From Balanoglossus misakiensis (taxonomy: Eukaryota; Animalia; Hemichordata): a DNA stretch of 64,000 nt. Positions 50,249 to 63,270 of the stretch are shown here, piece by piece. Where the stretch lies: positions 767,690 to 831,689 of the forward strand of contig CM082595.2 in the NCBI GenBank assembly GCA_040954595.2, written 5' to 3'. Position numbers and translations under genes: made by a program. The notes under the pieces were generated by a model. That model was not told the DNA's origin and ran no database searches. It worked only from the letters and a program-made list of their open reading frames with translations. Position 1 is the stretch's first letter. Every line of letters starts with the position of its first letter.

Positions 50249-53200
50249 CTATGGAAGACTGGCGCAGTAAGGACTGATTGTTGGAATAGGAAGGTTGATA
50301 TTTCTGCAACAGGAGAATATGAAAAAAAATAGTGTAAAACAATGTATTGTGGGTAGCATTCTATTCATTTTGTAACTCTGTCCTTGATAGAGATGTGTTC
50401 TGACTATCGAGGTTTTCATAATATGACAGGTTTCACTGTGAGGGCACTCATAGCTTTGCCGACAATCAAGCTTTATACATGTAATGGTTACTTACGAAAC
50501 GTATAACAGTTTGTTGTTATTAGTTCCTCCAATAGGGGCACCTCCAGCACCCAAAACGTAACCCTTGCCTGATTTGTCATCAAGCTCACATTCAACCTTG
50601 GCCTTGTTCAGCGATGGGTCAGCAGCAGCAATGATTGCAGCAACACCTGTTGTGCAGGAATGAATACAAAATGAGTGGAAGCTATATAGGGGCTTTAAAC
50701 ACAGATGTAGTATTTTCTCACAATAGGATATCCATCTAAACATCGTATAAATCAACATAATTCTATAAGACTGCATTGACATTTTTGCAAATCAACCGAC
50801 ACTCGCGAGATATCACAATGAAAGGAAAATCATCTATTTCTGAAAATTGTGTTTGACTTACCAGCGGTGTGTGCAGCTGCAAGATGGCTACCAGTGCCAA
50901 CAGCCTCAGCTGTTCCAGTGCTGGAGTACAACAGAGTCTCAATATCAGCTCCAGGGGCCCACAATTCAACAGCCTGTCCATGGTTGGAGTTGATCTCCTT
51001 GTAGTCAGTGATGTTGGTTGATCCAGTAACGATAAGCTATTGATCAGCAGAAAAGAGAGATTGAATTGAATTCTTCCTTTTTGATGGGTACGCACACATG
51101 TATTATCAATCTGCTGAACAAGTTCAGTAATAAAGTGGTGCCACACCCATGTATTCAGCTGCCCACTGAAAGAGTACACAGTGCAGTAATCTCCACAAAT
51201 TCAAAATGGCCGCATTTGTTAACAAAGGATATGAGAATATTGAAGTATTTTATCAATAAACTATACTAAAAGTGGCTGCAGCTATAGAGGCTTTAAAGCC
51301 ATTGTCTGTAAAATGTAGATACTTACTCCCTGTTCTGGGTAGAGGAGACCAGGCCAGTAAAGAGTAGCATCTTCATTAGTGTCTCCACCGCCACCAATAA
51401 CCATGTACTCATTGAACAACAAATCTTTAGTTCTCTCATTCAGGTATGTACTGTCTGCCTCTGCTTCTACACCACCCATGAGGACAATACCACGAACGGC
51501 TGGTACCAGCAAATTCTGGTTGATGATGTCATCAGCAGCTGAAAACAACAGAATCCTCAAATCATTAAAAACAGAGAGATGGGTTTTCAAAGTTCTCTAG
51601 CAAAGAGTGTGTTGCGACAATTTTTGCATGTGTGTATTTGTGTTGACATTATAGCAGCTTATACCAGGTAAGTGTATATACATACATACCTTGTCCGAAC
51701 CAAAGTGTTCTCAATTGGCCAAGACAGTTAGTAACTTGACAGCTGAGTAAGTTAGCTTCTTTGGCAACTCCATATGAAAGACCTCCAACAATGGCAGCAA
51801 GTGAGGTTCCTCCAAATTGGCCATCCCAACAGTCGTACCCATTGGTACCTGTGTTCTGAGAATACAACAGTCAAGTCATGTGGTAAGTAGTCATTATGAT
51901 ATTCACTCCCACTTCCCTCTATAGAGGTCCAAACTTGGAACAGTTACTCTTGAATGTAATATATGCTTGTGCAGGTAACGTTTCAACAACGACTGCAGTT
52001 ACACAAACATTTGGGGGAAAATGCGCCAAAGTTACATCATAGAAAGAAAAGCCTTACCCCTTCATAGAAAGATACTGCTCTTCCTTGGAAATCCGCATGA
52101 TCAAAATCAATACCAGTGGCAAAAATATACACATCAACTCCCTTGCCAGTCGCTGACAGAAAGTAAAAACATCAAGATACCGTTAATGTAAGTCGGGCAC
52201 CCTATCTAAAGTCATTCACAAAAATCTTTGTTTTGGATAAAATAAGAAAAAAAACATCTCAAGAATATGAAAGTTGTTCTGATTTCAATAAAGATATAGG
52301 AGTGTATTACAGAAATTAGAGGAGTTACATGACAATTTATTTCAGATTTGATTGTTTTCACTTTTATCAAACCAAATAATGTATATTCAACTCATGGTTA
52401 CTGTTTCGTCAAAGGTTGTAGTTCTGATGTTTTAGGACCCTCTATCGACAATTATCAACTTACCGACTGGTTCATACTTGTCATCAAGAGGCAGCATGGC
52501 TTGGTCGATACGATCTTGACCCCATGGAATTATTCCTGCTTTAATGCTAGGGATTCCCCTTGTCATTTGGAAGAGTCCATCTTCTTCGACGTAATCGACT
52601 TCTAGAAGACGTCTGACCTACAAGTGACAAAATTTTACGTTACACTTGCCAACAATGCATGTCCTTCCCTCATCTGTCAGTTTGCCCTTTCATATTGCAG
52701 CAATGATTGTAGCGGGTGCTGCTTGGTTGACTGGTGCATGGTATTAGTTTGCTACAGTTTCGTAGCCCCACACCTCCCCTTGATGATTTTTGTGGTGGAC
52801 CACAGACGGAAAAAAAAACATCTGGTTTCAGTGACAGATACTGAAAAACAATCATCACATGTTATCACTGATCACGTGCCAACATTTTACAGGATGCAAA
52901 CCAAGACAACAATGATAGCAATATCAAATTTCAAAGATAAAATAAAGGCTGTGTCCATTTGTTGATGTTCTGCACCCTTCACTGCAATCAAAGTTCAATC
53001 TGTAATGATTTTATGTACCCTAAGGAAGTTATAGTTCTCCTGTATTCGAGACACACCCCCCCCCCCACCCCACCATTTCTACATGGACAGTTATGGTTCC
53101 ATTTTCGTCTAATGTACATGTACGTAATTTCGTGTTTGTACACACGAAATTATGCACATGCGCATAAGACGATCTTCGGCCTTTAAGCCAGTATTTACTT

Positions 53201-53599
53201 ACCTGGCTGAGAATCCCAAAATCAGCGGTTTCGATGGCAACGGCTTTATTCAAAGTGGCAACAATCTTGGCACCAGCATTCTTTGCAAAAGCTTCAATAA
53301 CTGGCACGAAGGCATTTTCCTAGGAAAGAAAAAAAATGCAACTTCTGATTTCATGGGCAAGTGTTGTGCGAATACCACAGATGTAAAGGTACTGCAAGGT
53401 ACGTCGGTGACTATGTTTTGTAAAAATCACCCTCTGTTGCGGCCTCTTTTGTGGGAAAGTGTAAACGAAAGCATCACTCAGCTGCAGCTCTTACCTTGGC
53501 GGAAACGATGTAGGTGTTGGGAACTTTGTTGACGTGGGTGTACAGAGGTGCCATTGCGGCAGCTGCTGCAACCAAGGTAACCAAAATAAAAACTCTCAT
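50249..53599 (-). CDS. Secreted subtilisin/proteinase K (S8A)-like protein with I9-type prodomain, catalytically inactive; ~9 coding exons
   Basis: Signal MRVFILVTLVAAAAAMAPL; prodomain PNTYIV..VDYVEEDG; mature PWGQDRIDQ..LPLD, GKGVDVYIFATGI, YGVAKEANL, SNHGQAVELWAPGADI, HTAGVAA, NKLLYV; exons read through without stops. Confidence 0.9.
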
Positions 53600-55675
53600 G
53601 GTGCTCTGAAAAAAAGAGTTTTGAATCATTAGGATACATCACCTTGTGGGAATAGTCTTGTCAATATATATCTTAAGCAGCTTAGTATTTATTTTTTTTA
53701 AATTCGGAAAACATTTTACGATGTAATGTGTACTTCCAATAGTTTTCTGTAACTGAAATTATGAAGAATGTTATACTGATCAAGTAATATATAACTCGCT
53801 ATAATGTCACTGCGTTTTTTGGACACACTTTCACAGAATTAACCAACCGAGTACTAAAAAATGTCCAGTTTGTGTTGAGGTCACGGTAAGGAAACTCTCG
53901 AAATAACAGTTTTAGAAATGTCTTACCTTGTATAAGGGAGGTCCGACTTCAAATGCCAGAACTTTAGATAAGTCACCAGTTTTATACTAATACAAAAGTT
54001 GATGGACGTCACAATCAGATAATTTTTACCCTTGTTTTTGGGTTCTAACGTCATCTACATTTATCATAAGTGGCTGTTCCAAAACCTACATACACTCCCC
54101 CCTTGAAGCGCAAGCTCAAAGGACAGACATGAGATGACAAGAACCGATTGGGGACAGTTTGCAAGGATTTTACTATTCAGATTGGTACAAATTTCTACAA
54201 AGGCTTGGTGCCGTGTATATTCATGAATGACGTCAGCCAACAGTATGAGACTTTTCCTAACTCATCAAACTTCACGAACTTGGCAGGCTCCACCAGTGGG
54301 AGAGGATACATTATTCCGAACAGCCTTCATTCCAATCGTCGATTCTTACTGTCTTATCACATGTGAATATGGGTGAATATACGCGAATAAATTTGATGGA
54401 CCGTATCAAAACGTGTCGGACATTAATCACTCTGATTATACCTTGTCTTTGTCGGCTGACATTATATGAAAAGATTCACGCCATTTGTGAATGATCCCTT
54501 TTCAGGGCAATATGTTCACACGATTGTCATTTCAACGTTTATGCAAAGTCATACGCCTACGTACAAAGGCCTAAATCATTATCGTTTTGATTTCTTCAAC
54601 TTTAAAAGTCGGCATTTGTTCTCTAAATGTATACATGATTTGCTGCTTTGTGATTTTACCTATCTGAGCGTATTGACTTAATCGGGGATTTTGTTTGCGT
54701 ATTGCGAACCTGACAATAATATTTTGTAATCAAGTTTCATGGTTTTGATGCAAATTCTTATATCTTTGGCGTGCACATTTTTGTTCTTGCAATTTACTCA
54801 TTGGGGAAATGTATTCACTCATAAACATGATAGCAGTCATCGTAAACGCGAGCTGGATTAACTTATACACTGGTAGGATAGTTGCTATTCTTTTTTTCCA
54901 ACTGGGTCGGTCGATAATTTCACACAAGTGTGACTGGGGACACGGTGTTCCAAATGGGAACCTACGATGTCACCAAAGTACAACGCGAAAATCATGTCAA
55001 ACGAATTTTGTACGCACACTGTATTTCCAATACAGCGTTATCACATCAATATTTTTACAAGTGTCATCTGCATCTGCGGAGTTTACATGCATCGCGATGT
55101 TTCTGCCAACAGACAAAATTTGTTCAAGATAATGACACAAGATTGCAGATCTCGATAATGACTGTAGGCTGGCAGTTGCTCACACTATCTAGCTATGTTT
55201 CCCGCATGAGTAAGTTTGCGCGAAATGTCCATTAACACATTGGTCAGGTGATTTAATTAGCACACGGGAAGATGATTGTACAAAATGGGCGTGGCAGTAT
55301 TGCCTGTAAGCAATGGTGATATCATAAGAGTTTTAATCTCTATATGTCTCTGTTTATGAAGTTTGAATACACCTGTGCATATAACATAGGATCAACAGTC
55401 TAATTACTAAATTTGTTTACTATATATGGCTCTTCGCCAAAATATAACACATTAGAAACACAATGGGAACTACTTTGTGATAATAAGATCTTGAAAATAA
55501 CCTGATAATGAAAGTGTTCATAATTGTAAAATACTCACCGTTTTGCGGTGACGTTGAAGGAGTAAACTAGTTGCTGTTTTTATCTTCGTGATCAAACGTG
55601 GTATATATACTTCAAACCTTCTAAACGACGGCGAGGGAGATGGTCGCGTTTTCTACGAATGCATTGATCTTTATA

Positions 55676-55766
55676 TAGTCTGGAAACCAGACATGCTGTG
55701 TTATTTAGAGACAGACTGGTGTGAGTCTATCTCTAAAAAAAACCATCATGTCTGCATTCCAGACGA
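55676..55766. mobile_element. ~90-bp hairpin MITE-like element with direct flanking repeat
   Basis: Outer arms gtctggaaaccagacatg / catgtctgcattccagac (16/18), inner arms tttagagacagact / agtctatctctaaa (13/14); atctttata directly repeated at 55667 and 55767. Confidence 0.65.
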
Positions 55767-57032
55767 ATCTTTATATACTAGTATCGACAGAAATGAAAAT
55801 GTCACAGCAAGGACAGTGAATTTATCCAAAAATCGCGAAACATACGTGTACTTTTCATTGATAAGCACGTTTTCATAAGCAAACAGCGTGTGATTGACAC
55901 CGGAAAAACATCACAAAAAAGAAGATACAAAATTTGAAATATTGAATGAGTAGGTAAACACTAGAAGCGTGAGTCACCATTTATGTTCAAGTTTACATTT
56001 ACCGCTATTGCCAGCTATCGTCCTACACTATTTAATAATCAAATGACAGGCCAATTTTGACTTTTTAATTTTTTTTACTTCATCTTTGTATGAAAGGTAA
56101 GAAAAGAGACAGATAAGTTGTCAAAACATGACCCCTTTTTCCCAAGTTATTTAAGTCATAAAAACAAAAAAGACTTTGCATCATAGTTCAAAATTCTTTT
56201 TGAGGAAAGCAATGTCCACTCAGAAGAAGAATGGAAAATGTTACACACCCAGTTTCCATAGTAACACCACACCAAAGTGAAATCAAACCATTTTTACAAA
56301 ATTAAACATAAACCATAGAAAATATTTGCATAGATTTGCCACACCGAAAAATGTTCTTGTAAACACCATACATATACAGATAGATGTACAATCTGTGAAA
56401 ATTAACAATCTCGATGGAAGAAATTGAAAAAAAAAACCTATTAAACAAATCAAAGCTAAACAGGACCATCAGGTCAGACATTGGGTGGATGCTCAGGACA
56501 GCCCACAATGCCAAAACGAAAGATTTTTTTGAAAAGAATAAAATTTCAATACTTAGGCTATATCTCATTACAAGAATCAAATTATATTACCACATATTTA
56601 AAATTTAGTACATACTAACTTAGTACTTGTTTCACAGGAAAATAAATAATGGTTGCAAAAAATACATTCATATCACAGGCCAAAAATGCTGCATACTTCT
56701 GTCACAAAAAAAATCTTGCTTTCAATAAAAAAATAATGAATTCACAACACGACAACCATACATATGTAGTGGGCTGTTTGTTGTCAAATTATAGAAGTCA
56801 AAATTAGAATAAAAAACAACTAAAATTCCCTATGTATGAAAACTTTAGAAATTTCATTGAAACTGGCAAGGAAATCAGACGTCTTTAAGTTAGTGTATTC
56901 TGCAAAGAATGATTTTTTTCTTCTAAAATGTTAGTTGTCATGAAAATTTGTGTAAATAGATATATGACAGAGACATTATCATAATAGTCACCTCCTATAA
57001 ATGACACTTAGAATGATCAATCACTTGAGAAG

Positions 57033-60000
57033 TTAGTTGTCAGGAATAGGAGTATTACAATTACCATGATATATATTGACAGAGCCTGTGCATCTAAAAT
57101 ACAAATCAAAAATACTCTCATATCCCTTGTCTTTCCACCACTGACACAGTTGGCGATTCCATGTGCACGGCAGAACGTAAAATAAATCTTTGTTTTCTAA
57201 TGCGATGAGGGTGAAGAAATCTTGATCACCAAGGTGACCCTTGAACGCATATTTATCAGAGAGAGAACGCACCACATTCACATCCAGAAACGAATTATAC
57301 GAATCACTGTTCCTCATCTTCACCAAATCCAAAAGCATAACACCGCTGTTGAAACCCGCGAGGCCATTCGGTGGTGGTTCCCCGACGAGTGTGCCTTTAT
57401 TTTGTGAGCGGTAGAGTGAGAAGAGATGGCGGTACACTGGCTGTTGTTCGTGAGCAATGCCCATTACATTCCCGGGGCCGAAGTTGTCAAAGTGATCAAA
57501 CAATTTCTTGACATCAGCACGAAACTTGAGATCAGAATCGATCATCACGAGCTGTTTCACGTTTGTGGGTAAGATGTCCTTGTGCAGTGCCACAGAGAGG
57601 AAGAAAATGGCGTCCATGTAATATTTATGAGCACCAGTGCTGATATGCTCTTGCAACATTTTCACGTGGTCAATCAACGTTTGAGTCAGAATCTCAACAT
57701 TCAAATAAGTCATCTGCCAAAGAAAAGAGATACGTCACCATGACCAACATATAAAGGTTACGTTTCATGTCATGTCAGACAACATGTCAGACAACATGTC
57801 AGACATGACAGTGCGATTCACAGTCAATACAACTTTGGTTTCAAGTAAACTTTCCAAAGACAAGCTGGTCACTGTAGGTCAGTTTCCATTATGTTTATCC
57901 ATGCATCTATTTTAAACCCTGACAAAAGTTCTTCAGTTTTCTGTTCAACAACCAACAACCTTCAGGTTACACTGGCTCTGTCAAATTTCAAAGACTCATT
58001 TTACTGTCCGACTAGACCACACCGTGGGGTCAAAAATGGGCAACGGTATTTTCAAGAAACGTCTTTCTTTTCAGGCTTTGAAATAGAAACCAACTAAAGT
58101 GGCCCTCACAGATCAACCATTGACCCTGTTCTTGTTAATTCTGAACAAGAACTCTTTGTACACAAACAATGATAAATTCTTCTGTAAAAGTGTAACAGAA
58201 TAGTCGGCACACTTTTGCCAAAAACTAAATTCAAAAGAAACTACCAAGATAAAGATAGACTGGTAGTATTTTTATTTATATATTTGAGCTCATTTTTATG
58301 TGTCTGCCATTTGCCGTTGGATTGAAATGAGTGAGAAACAACCTTGGTATGTCGAGGTTTATTACCTAGTAATTGTTCACTCTTCTTTTCAACACATTCA
58401 CCAATGATTGCAAAAAGGTGCCAGCACTTCTCTCAAAATGACACATGAACATATGCCACATATATAATTAAGATAATTTAAATTCTGCTTTACTGGGGAA
58501 TAAAGAGCTAAATTTGAGGACGTTCTATAGAATCTGTGGTCACCAAACAATGAGGTTTCAGAATTACTGCCTGCACTTATCTACATACTACCTGCACGAC
58601 ACGCCTAATTGCACGGGTAACGCGGTTTTTATCATCCTTCATATATTTGAAGAGAGGTCACCATGATTGGCTGGGGAAGTCATAAGCATTTTTTCCTACT
58701 GAACAGCCACATCACACACCATGCCAAACAAATCACATATTTTTTATATTGTCATACTTGTTGACTATAAGTTCCATACATCCAAACAAATTCAGTGATA
58801 ATAACCAGGTTTTCGGTGTGTAGTTGATATTGATAACTTAAACATCTGATGTACATTGCAATATCTACCATACATTGTATGGTATTAACAATCACAAGAT
58901 CTGGATACCATTGTGTAAACATCCGACAGTGGTAGGAAACATAACAGATGTCAATTTAATTGTGATATGAACGGAAATTCTATTAAACTTCCATTCTTGC
59001 CGACTGCACACAATCATGTAGCAGGTGGTCTTGGGAGGCTATAGTTACTTGGAACTGGTATGAGCAGTTTGATTGGAAATTTCCATGACTCTCATCCATG
59101 TAAACCTAGTACTGGTATAATTAATAAATGTATGACATGTATGCTCAATATTACATCTGAAGTTTTGAAACCTCAAAGGTCTCTGAGCTTGAGTCTTGGG
59201 ACCTTTGAAATTTCAAATGTGTCTACTGGTAAGGCTGCAACGGTGTGTGTGGAGAAATTGGTGAGCACTTACCTGAAATTTCACTTTGGATAGATCTTGT
59301 TTGACGATATCTTGCATGATATTGGTGATGTACTGTTCACTCGGTGTGTCGGTCACGATGAAGAAGTCGATATCAACTGATGAGTGCTGAAGTAATGAGC
59401 TGACAGTCAGTTTGAACTTGTCACGTAACTGTTGCTTTGTGGCTGCATTTGTACATAACATCAGGACATGGTGGTTGAATGGAGAAGTGGACTGGATTTG
59501 TCCATTGTCGACATTCTGTGCTTGGTTTTGCTGCATCACTGCAGGTTGTTGTTGTTGTTGTTGTTGTTGAGGCACCGCTGGTTGTTGTGGCACTACTGGT
59601 TGTTGTGCAATGACAGGCTGTTGTTGTGCTGCAACAGGCTGTTGTTGTGCCTCTACAAGATTGTGTTGCTGTGCTGCTGGGGCCTGTTGCTGCTGGGGTT
59701 GCTGTTGCATTACCAGAGGTTGCTGCTCTTGCGCAGCTGGTTGTTGTTGCTGCTGTGCCAACTGTTTTTGAAACTTTTCATGGTGTTGTGCGAACTCTTC
59801 TTGAAGCTGTTGTTTGACCAAATTATGGTCTTGTTGTTGCTGCTGTTGTTGCTGAAGCTTCTGTTGCTGTCCCAACTGTTCTTGCTGTGGTTGGTTAATG
59901 TGTTGCTGTTGTGGTACATGTTGCTGCTGTTGATTAAGTGGCTGTAGATGATCTTGGTGTTGGACATCTCCCCGTTGCTGATTCTGCTGAACTTGTTCAG

Positions 60001-60505
60001 GCTGTTGTTTCTGTTTCAGGAGTTGTGCCTCCTGTTGGCGTTCCTGATGCTTCTTCTGAAACTCCATGTGTTGCTGAATAAGTTGCTCTTTGATATCTTG
60101 CTGTTCCTTGGGTGCAGCACCATGCTGCAATGACCCTCCCTGGTTGTGGGCTAAGTTCTCTTGCTTGGGGGGTTCCACAATCTGTTGCCCAGCCACATGT
60201 GGTTGAACATTCACATTGGGAATGTTTGCTTTATCTGCAGGTACTATAGGTGCCTTCACATCTGGCTGATGGGGGAAATTGGCCTTATCAAAGTCAGCCT
60301 TGAGACTTTCTGCAAGCTTATTCTTCCCTGTGTGAGAATCACTTGACTCTTTAACAGCAGCAAGTTTCCTTGCCTCTTGACTCGAATCAGCAACAGATGT
60401 AAGATTAGCAAATAAATACACTGCAGTTCCTATAAATGTTACAATGACAATGAGTTTGACAATGCGTAACCTGAAAAAATTTCGGACGCATCCTGCTGCT
60501 GCCAT
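57033..60505 (-). CDS. XXYLT1: Xyloside xylosyltransferase 1 (GT8), type II membrane protein; exons 60505-59273 and 57713-57033
   Basis: N-terminal TM segment; DxD motif MIDSDLKF; GIAHEQQPVYRH, GFNSGVMLLDL, FKGHLGDQDFFT, LPCTWNRQLC.WW, YHGNCNTPIP are diagnostic of XXYLT1. Confidence 0.93.
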
Positions 60506-61199
60506 CTTACAGTGTTGTGATATTTGACTTCGACCCTGATCCCTCGACCGGGCACGCGAGTAGTTGACATACTGCATGTTGTCATCTGGTTTCTTATCTG
60601 TCTCTTTTCGACTGTTATCTTCTATGGATGCTTTTCCACGCCGCATGAACAGTTTACATACCCTGACTGGGTTAGCACTGCGTAGAAGAAAAGAAATTGA
60701 CGTGGATCTGGCACGTCATCAAACAGGTGGAGCCACTTTCACCTGCAAGCGTGTCACACCTTGTCCAGCGATCCTTTTGACCGCCTAGCTACGTGTGTGT
60801 TAACGAAATTCTTAAGTGGCCATTGCACGAAAATCAATACTTCAATTTAATTTAAGTGACTTGGTTGGGTTCGATTTTAATGAAAATTAAGGGATTGCTT
60901 AAGGGTAAGGGTAACACATTTCCAAACGCGCAAAAATGCGCATTTAATGTGTTATTATGATTTTACGAAGTCGCAGTGTTGTTAAGTTTCAGTCGCGCTG
61001 GGTGGTTCTAAATATAAGGAAACCATACATTATATACATGGTAAAGAGTGTTTACACAAAAACCCGGGGCTTCAAAAATTTAATCGGTGGTCTTAAAAGG
61101 AACATTATGTTATTCCTACTAATCACCGACCAGTAGGTGGTGATAGAAATTGTTTTTGCGATTGCCCAGACCCAAATAAAAGTACATTTCACATGTTTC

Positions 61200-61735
61200 A
61201 CCCGGCCCATCATGGATCCCAGAGTCCTTTGCGGAAGGGGTTGTTCTATTCAATTTGGGGGTGTCCGGCTATGTTTCTAGCGCCCTCAACACATTTACAT
61301 TTTCCTCACTTTTGTTTATTTTTTACAAATGTACGACTATCGACTTTATATTTTAACCTACACCTTCTAATGAAATGGCGAGTGTGAAATAAAACTTTTA
61401 AGTTGTAAAAACTCTCGGACAACCCGAAAAACACGGTCCATGGATCGGGCCATGGACCGTCCGCCATTGATCCCAGAGTCCTTTGCGGAAGAGATTGTTC
61501 TATTCAATCTGGGGGTGGCCGGCTATGTTTCTAGCGCCCCCAACACGTTTACATTGTCCTCACTTTTGTTTATTTGTTAAAAATGTACGACTATCAACTT
61601 TATATTTTAACCCACACCTTCTAATGTAATGGCGAGTGTGAAATAAAACTTTTAAGTTGTGAAAACTCTCGAACAATCCGAAAAACACGGGCCATGGACC
61701 GGCCGCCATTGATCCCAGAGTCCTTTGCGGAAGAG
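61200..61735 (+). repeat. Left arm of foldback repeat: ~2 forward copies of a ~254-bp monomer
   Basis: gatcccagagtcctttgcggaag at 61215, 61469 and 61711. Confidence 0.9.
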
Positions 61736-63270
61736 TAGCCGGACCCCCCAGATTGAATAGAACAATCTCGTCCGCAAAGGACTCTGGGATCAATGGCGGC
61801 CGGTCCTTTTGTTTATTTTTTTACAAATGTACGACTATCGACTTTATATTTTAACCCACACCTTCTAATGAAATGGCGAGTGTAAAATAAAAAGTTTAAG
61901 TTGTGAAAACTCTCGAACAGTCCGAAAAACACGGGCCATGGACCGGCCGCCATTGATCCCAGAGTCCTTTGCGGAAGAGTAGCCGGACCCCCCAGATTGA
62001 ATAGAACAATCTCGTCCGCAAAGGACTCTGGGATCAATGGCGGCCGGTCCTTTTGTTTATTTTTTTACAAATGTACGACTATCGACTTTATATTTTAACC
62101 CACACCTTCTAATGAAATGGCGAGTGTGAAATAAAAAGTTTAAGTTGTGAAAACTCTCGAACAGTCCGAAAAACACGGGCCATGGATCGGCCGCCATTGA
62201 TCCCAGAGTCCTTTGCGGAAGAGTAGCCGGACCCCCCAGATTGAATAGAACAATCTCGTCCGCAAAGGACTCTGGGATCAATGGCGGCCGGTCCTTTTGT
62301 TTATTTTTTTACAAATGTACGACTATCGACTTTACATTTTAACCCACACCTTCTAATGAAATGGCGAGTGTAAAATAAAAAGTTTAAGTTGTGAAAACTC
62401 TCGAACAGTCCGAAAAACACGGGCCATGGACCGGCCGCCATTGATCCCAGAGTCCTTTGCGGAAGAGTAGCCGGACCCCCCAGATTGAATAGAACAATCT
62501 CGTCCGCAAAGGACTCTGGGATCAATGGCGGCCGGTCCTTTTGTTTATTTTTTTACAAATGTACGACTATCGACTTTATATTTTAACCCACACCTTCTAA
62601 TGAAATGGCGAGTGTGAAATAAAAAGTTTAAGTTGTGAAAACTCTCGAACAGTCCGAAAAACACGGGCCATGGATCGGCCGCCATTGATCCCAGAGTCCT
62701 TTGCGGAAGAGTAGCCGGACCCCCCAGATTGAATAGAACAATCTCGTCCGCAAAGGACTCTGGGATCAATGGCGGCCGGTCCTTTTGTTTATTTTTTTAC
62801 AAATGTACGACTATCGACTTTATATTTTAACCCACACCTTCTAATGAAATGGCGAGTGTAAAATAAAAAGTTTAAGTTGTGAAAACTCTCGAACAGTCCG
62901 AAAAACACGGGCCATGGATCGGCCGCCATTGATCCCAGAGTCCTTTGCGGAAGAGTAGCCGGACCCCCCAGATTGAATAGAACAATCTCGTCCGCAAAGG
63001 ACTCTGGGATCAATGGCGGCCGGTCCTTTTGTTTATTTTTTTACAAATGTACGACTATCGACTTTACATTTTAACCCACACCTTCTAATGAAATGGCGAG
63101 TGTAAAATAAAAAGTTTAAGTTGTGAAAACTCTCGAACAGTCCGAAAAACACGGGCCATGGATCGGCCGCCATTGATCCCAGAGTCCTTTGCGGAAGAGT
63201 AGCCGGACACCCCCAGATTGAATAGAACAATCTCGTCCGCAAAGGACTCTGGGATCAATGGCGGCCGGTC
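61562..63270. repeat. Tandem array of seven 244-bp units, each containing the foldback inversion point and a ~36-40-bp-stem hairpin
   Basis: Junction gag|tagccgg at 61733, 61977, 62221, 62465, 62709, 62953 and 63197 (period 244). Confidence 0.95.

Noticed and set aside
59164-59218. Imperfect hairpin in the XXYLT1 intron
   Set aside because: Short, no clear TSD; cannot be assigned to an element or function.
60506-60646. N-terminal extension of the XXYLT1 ORF from an upstream ATG
   Set aside because: The ATG at 60505 (aagATGGC context) gives a typical short cytoplasmic tail before the TM; the upstream start cannot be excluded but is unsupported.
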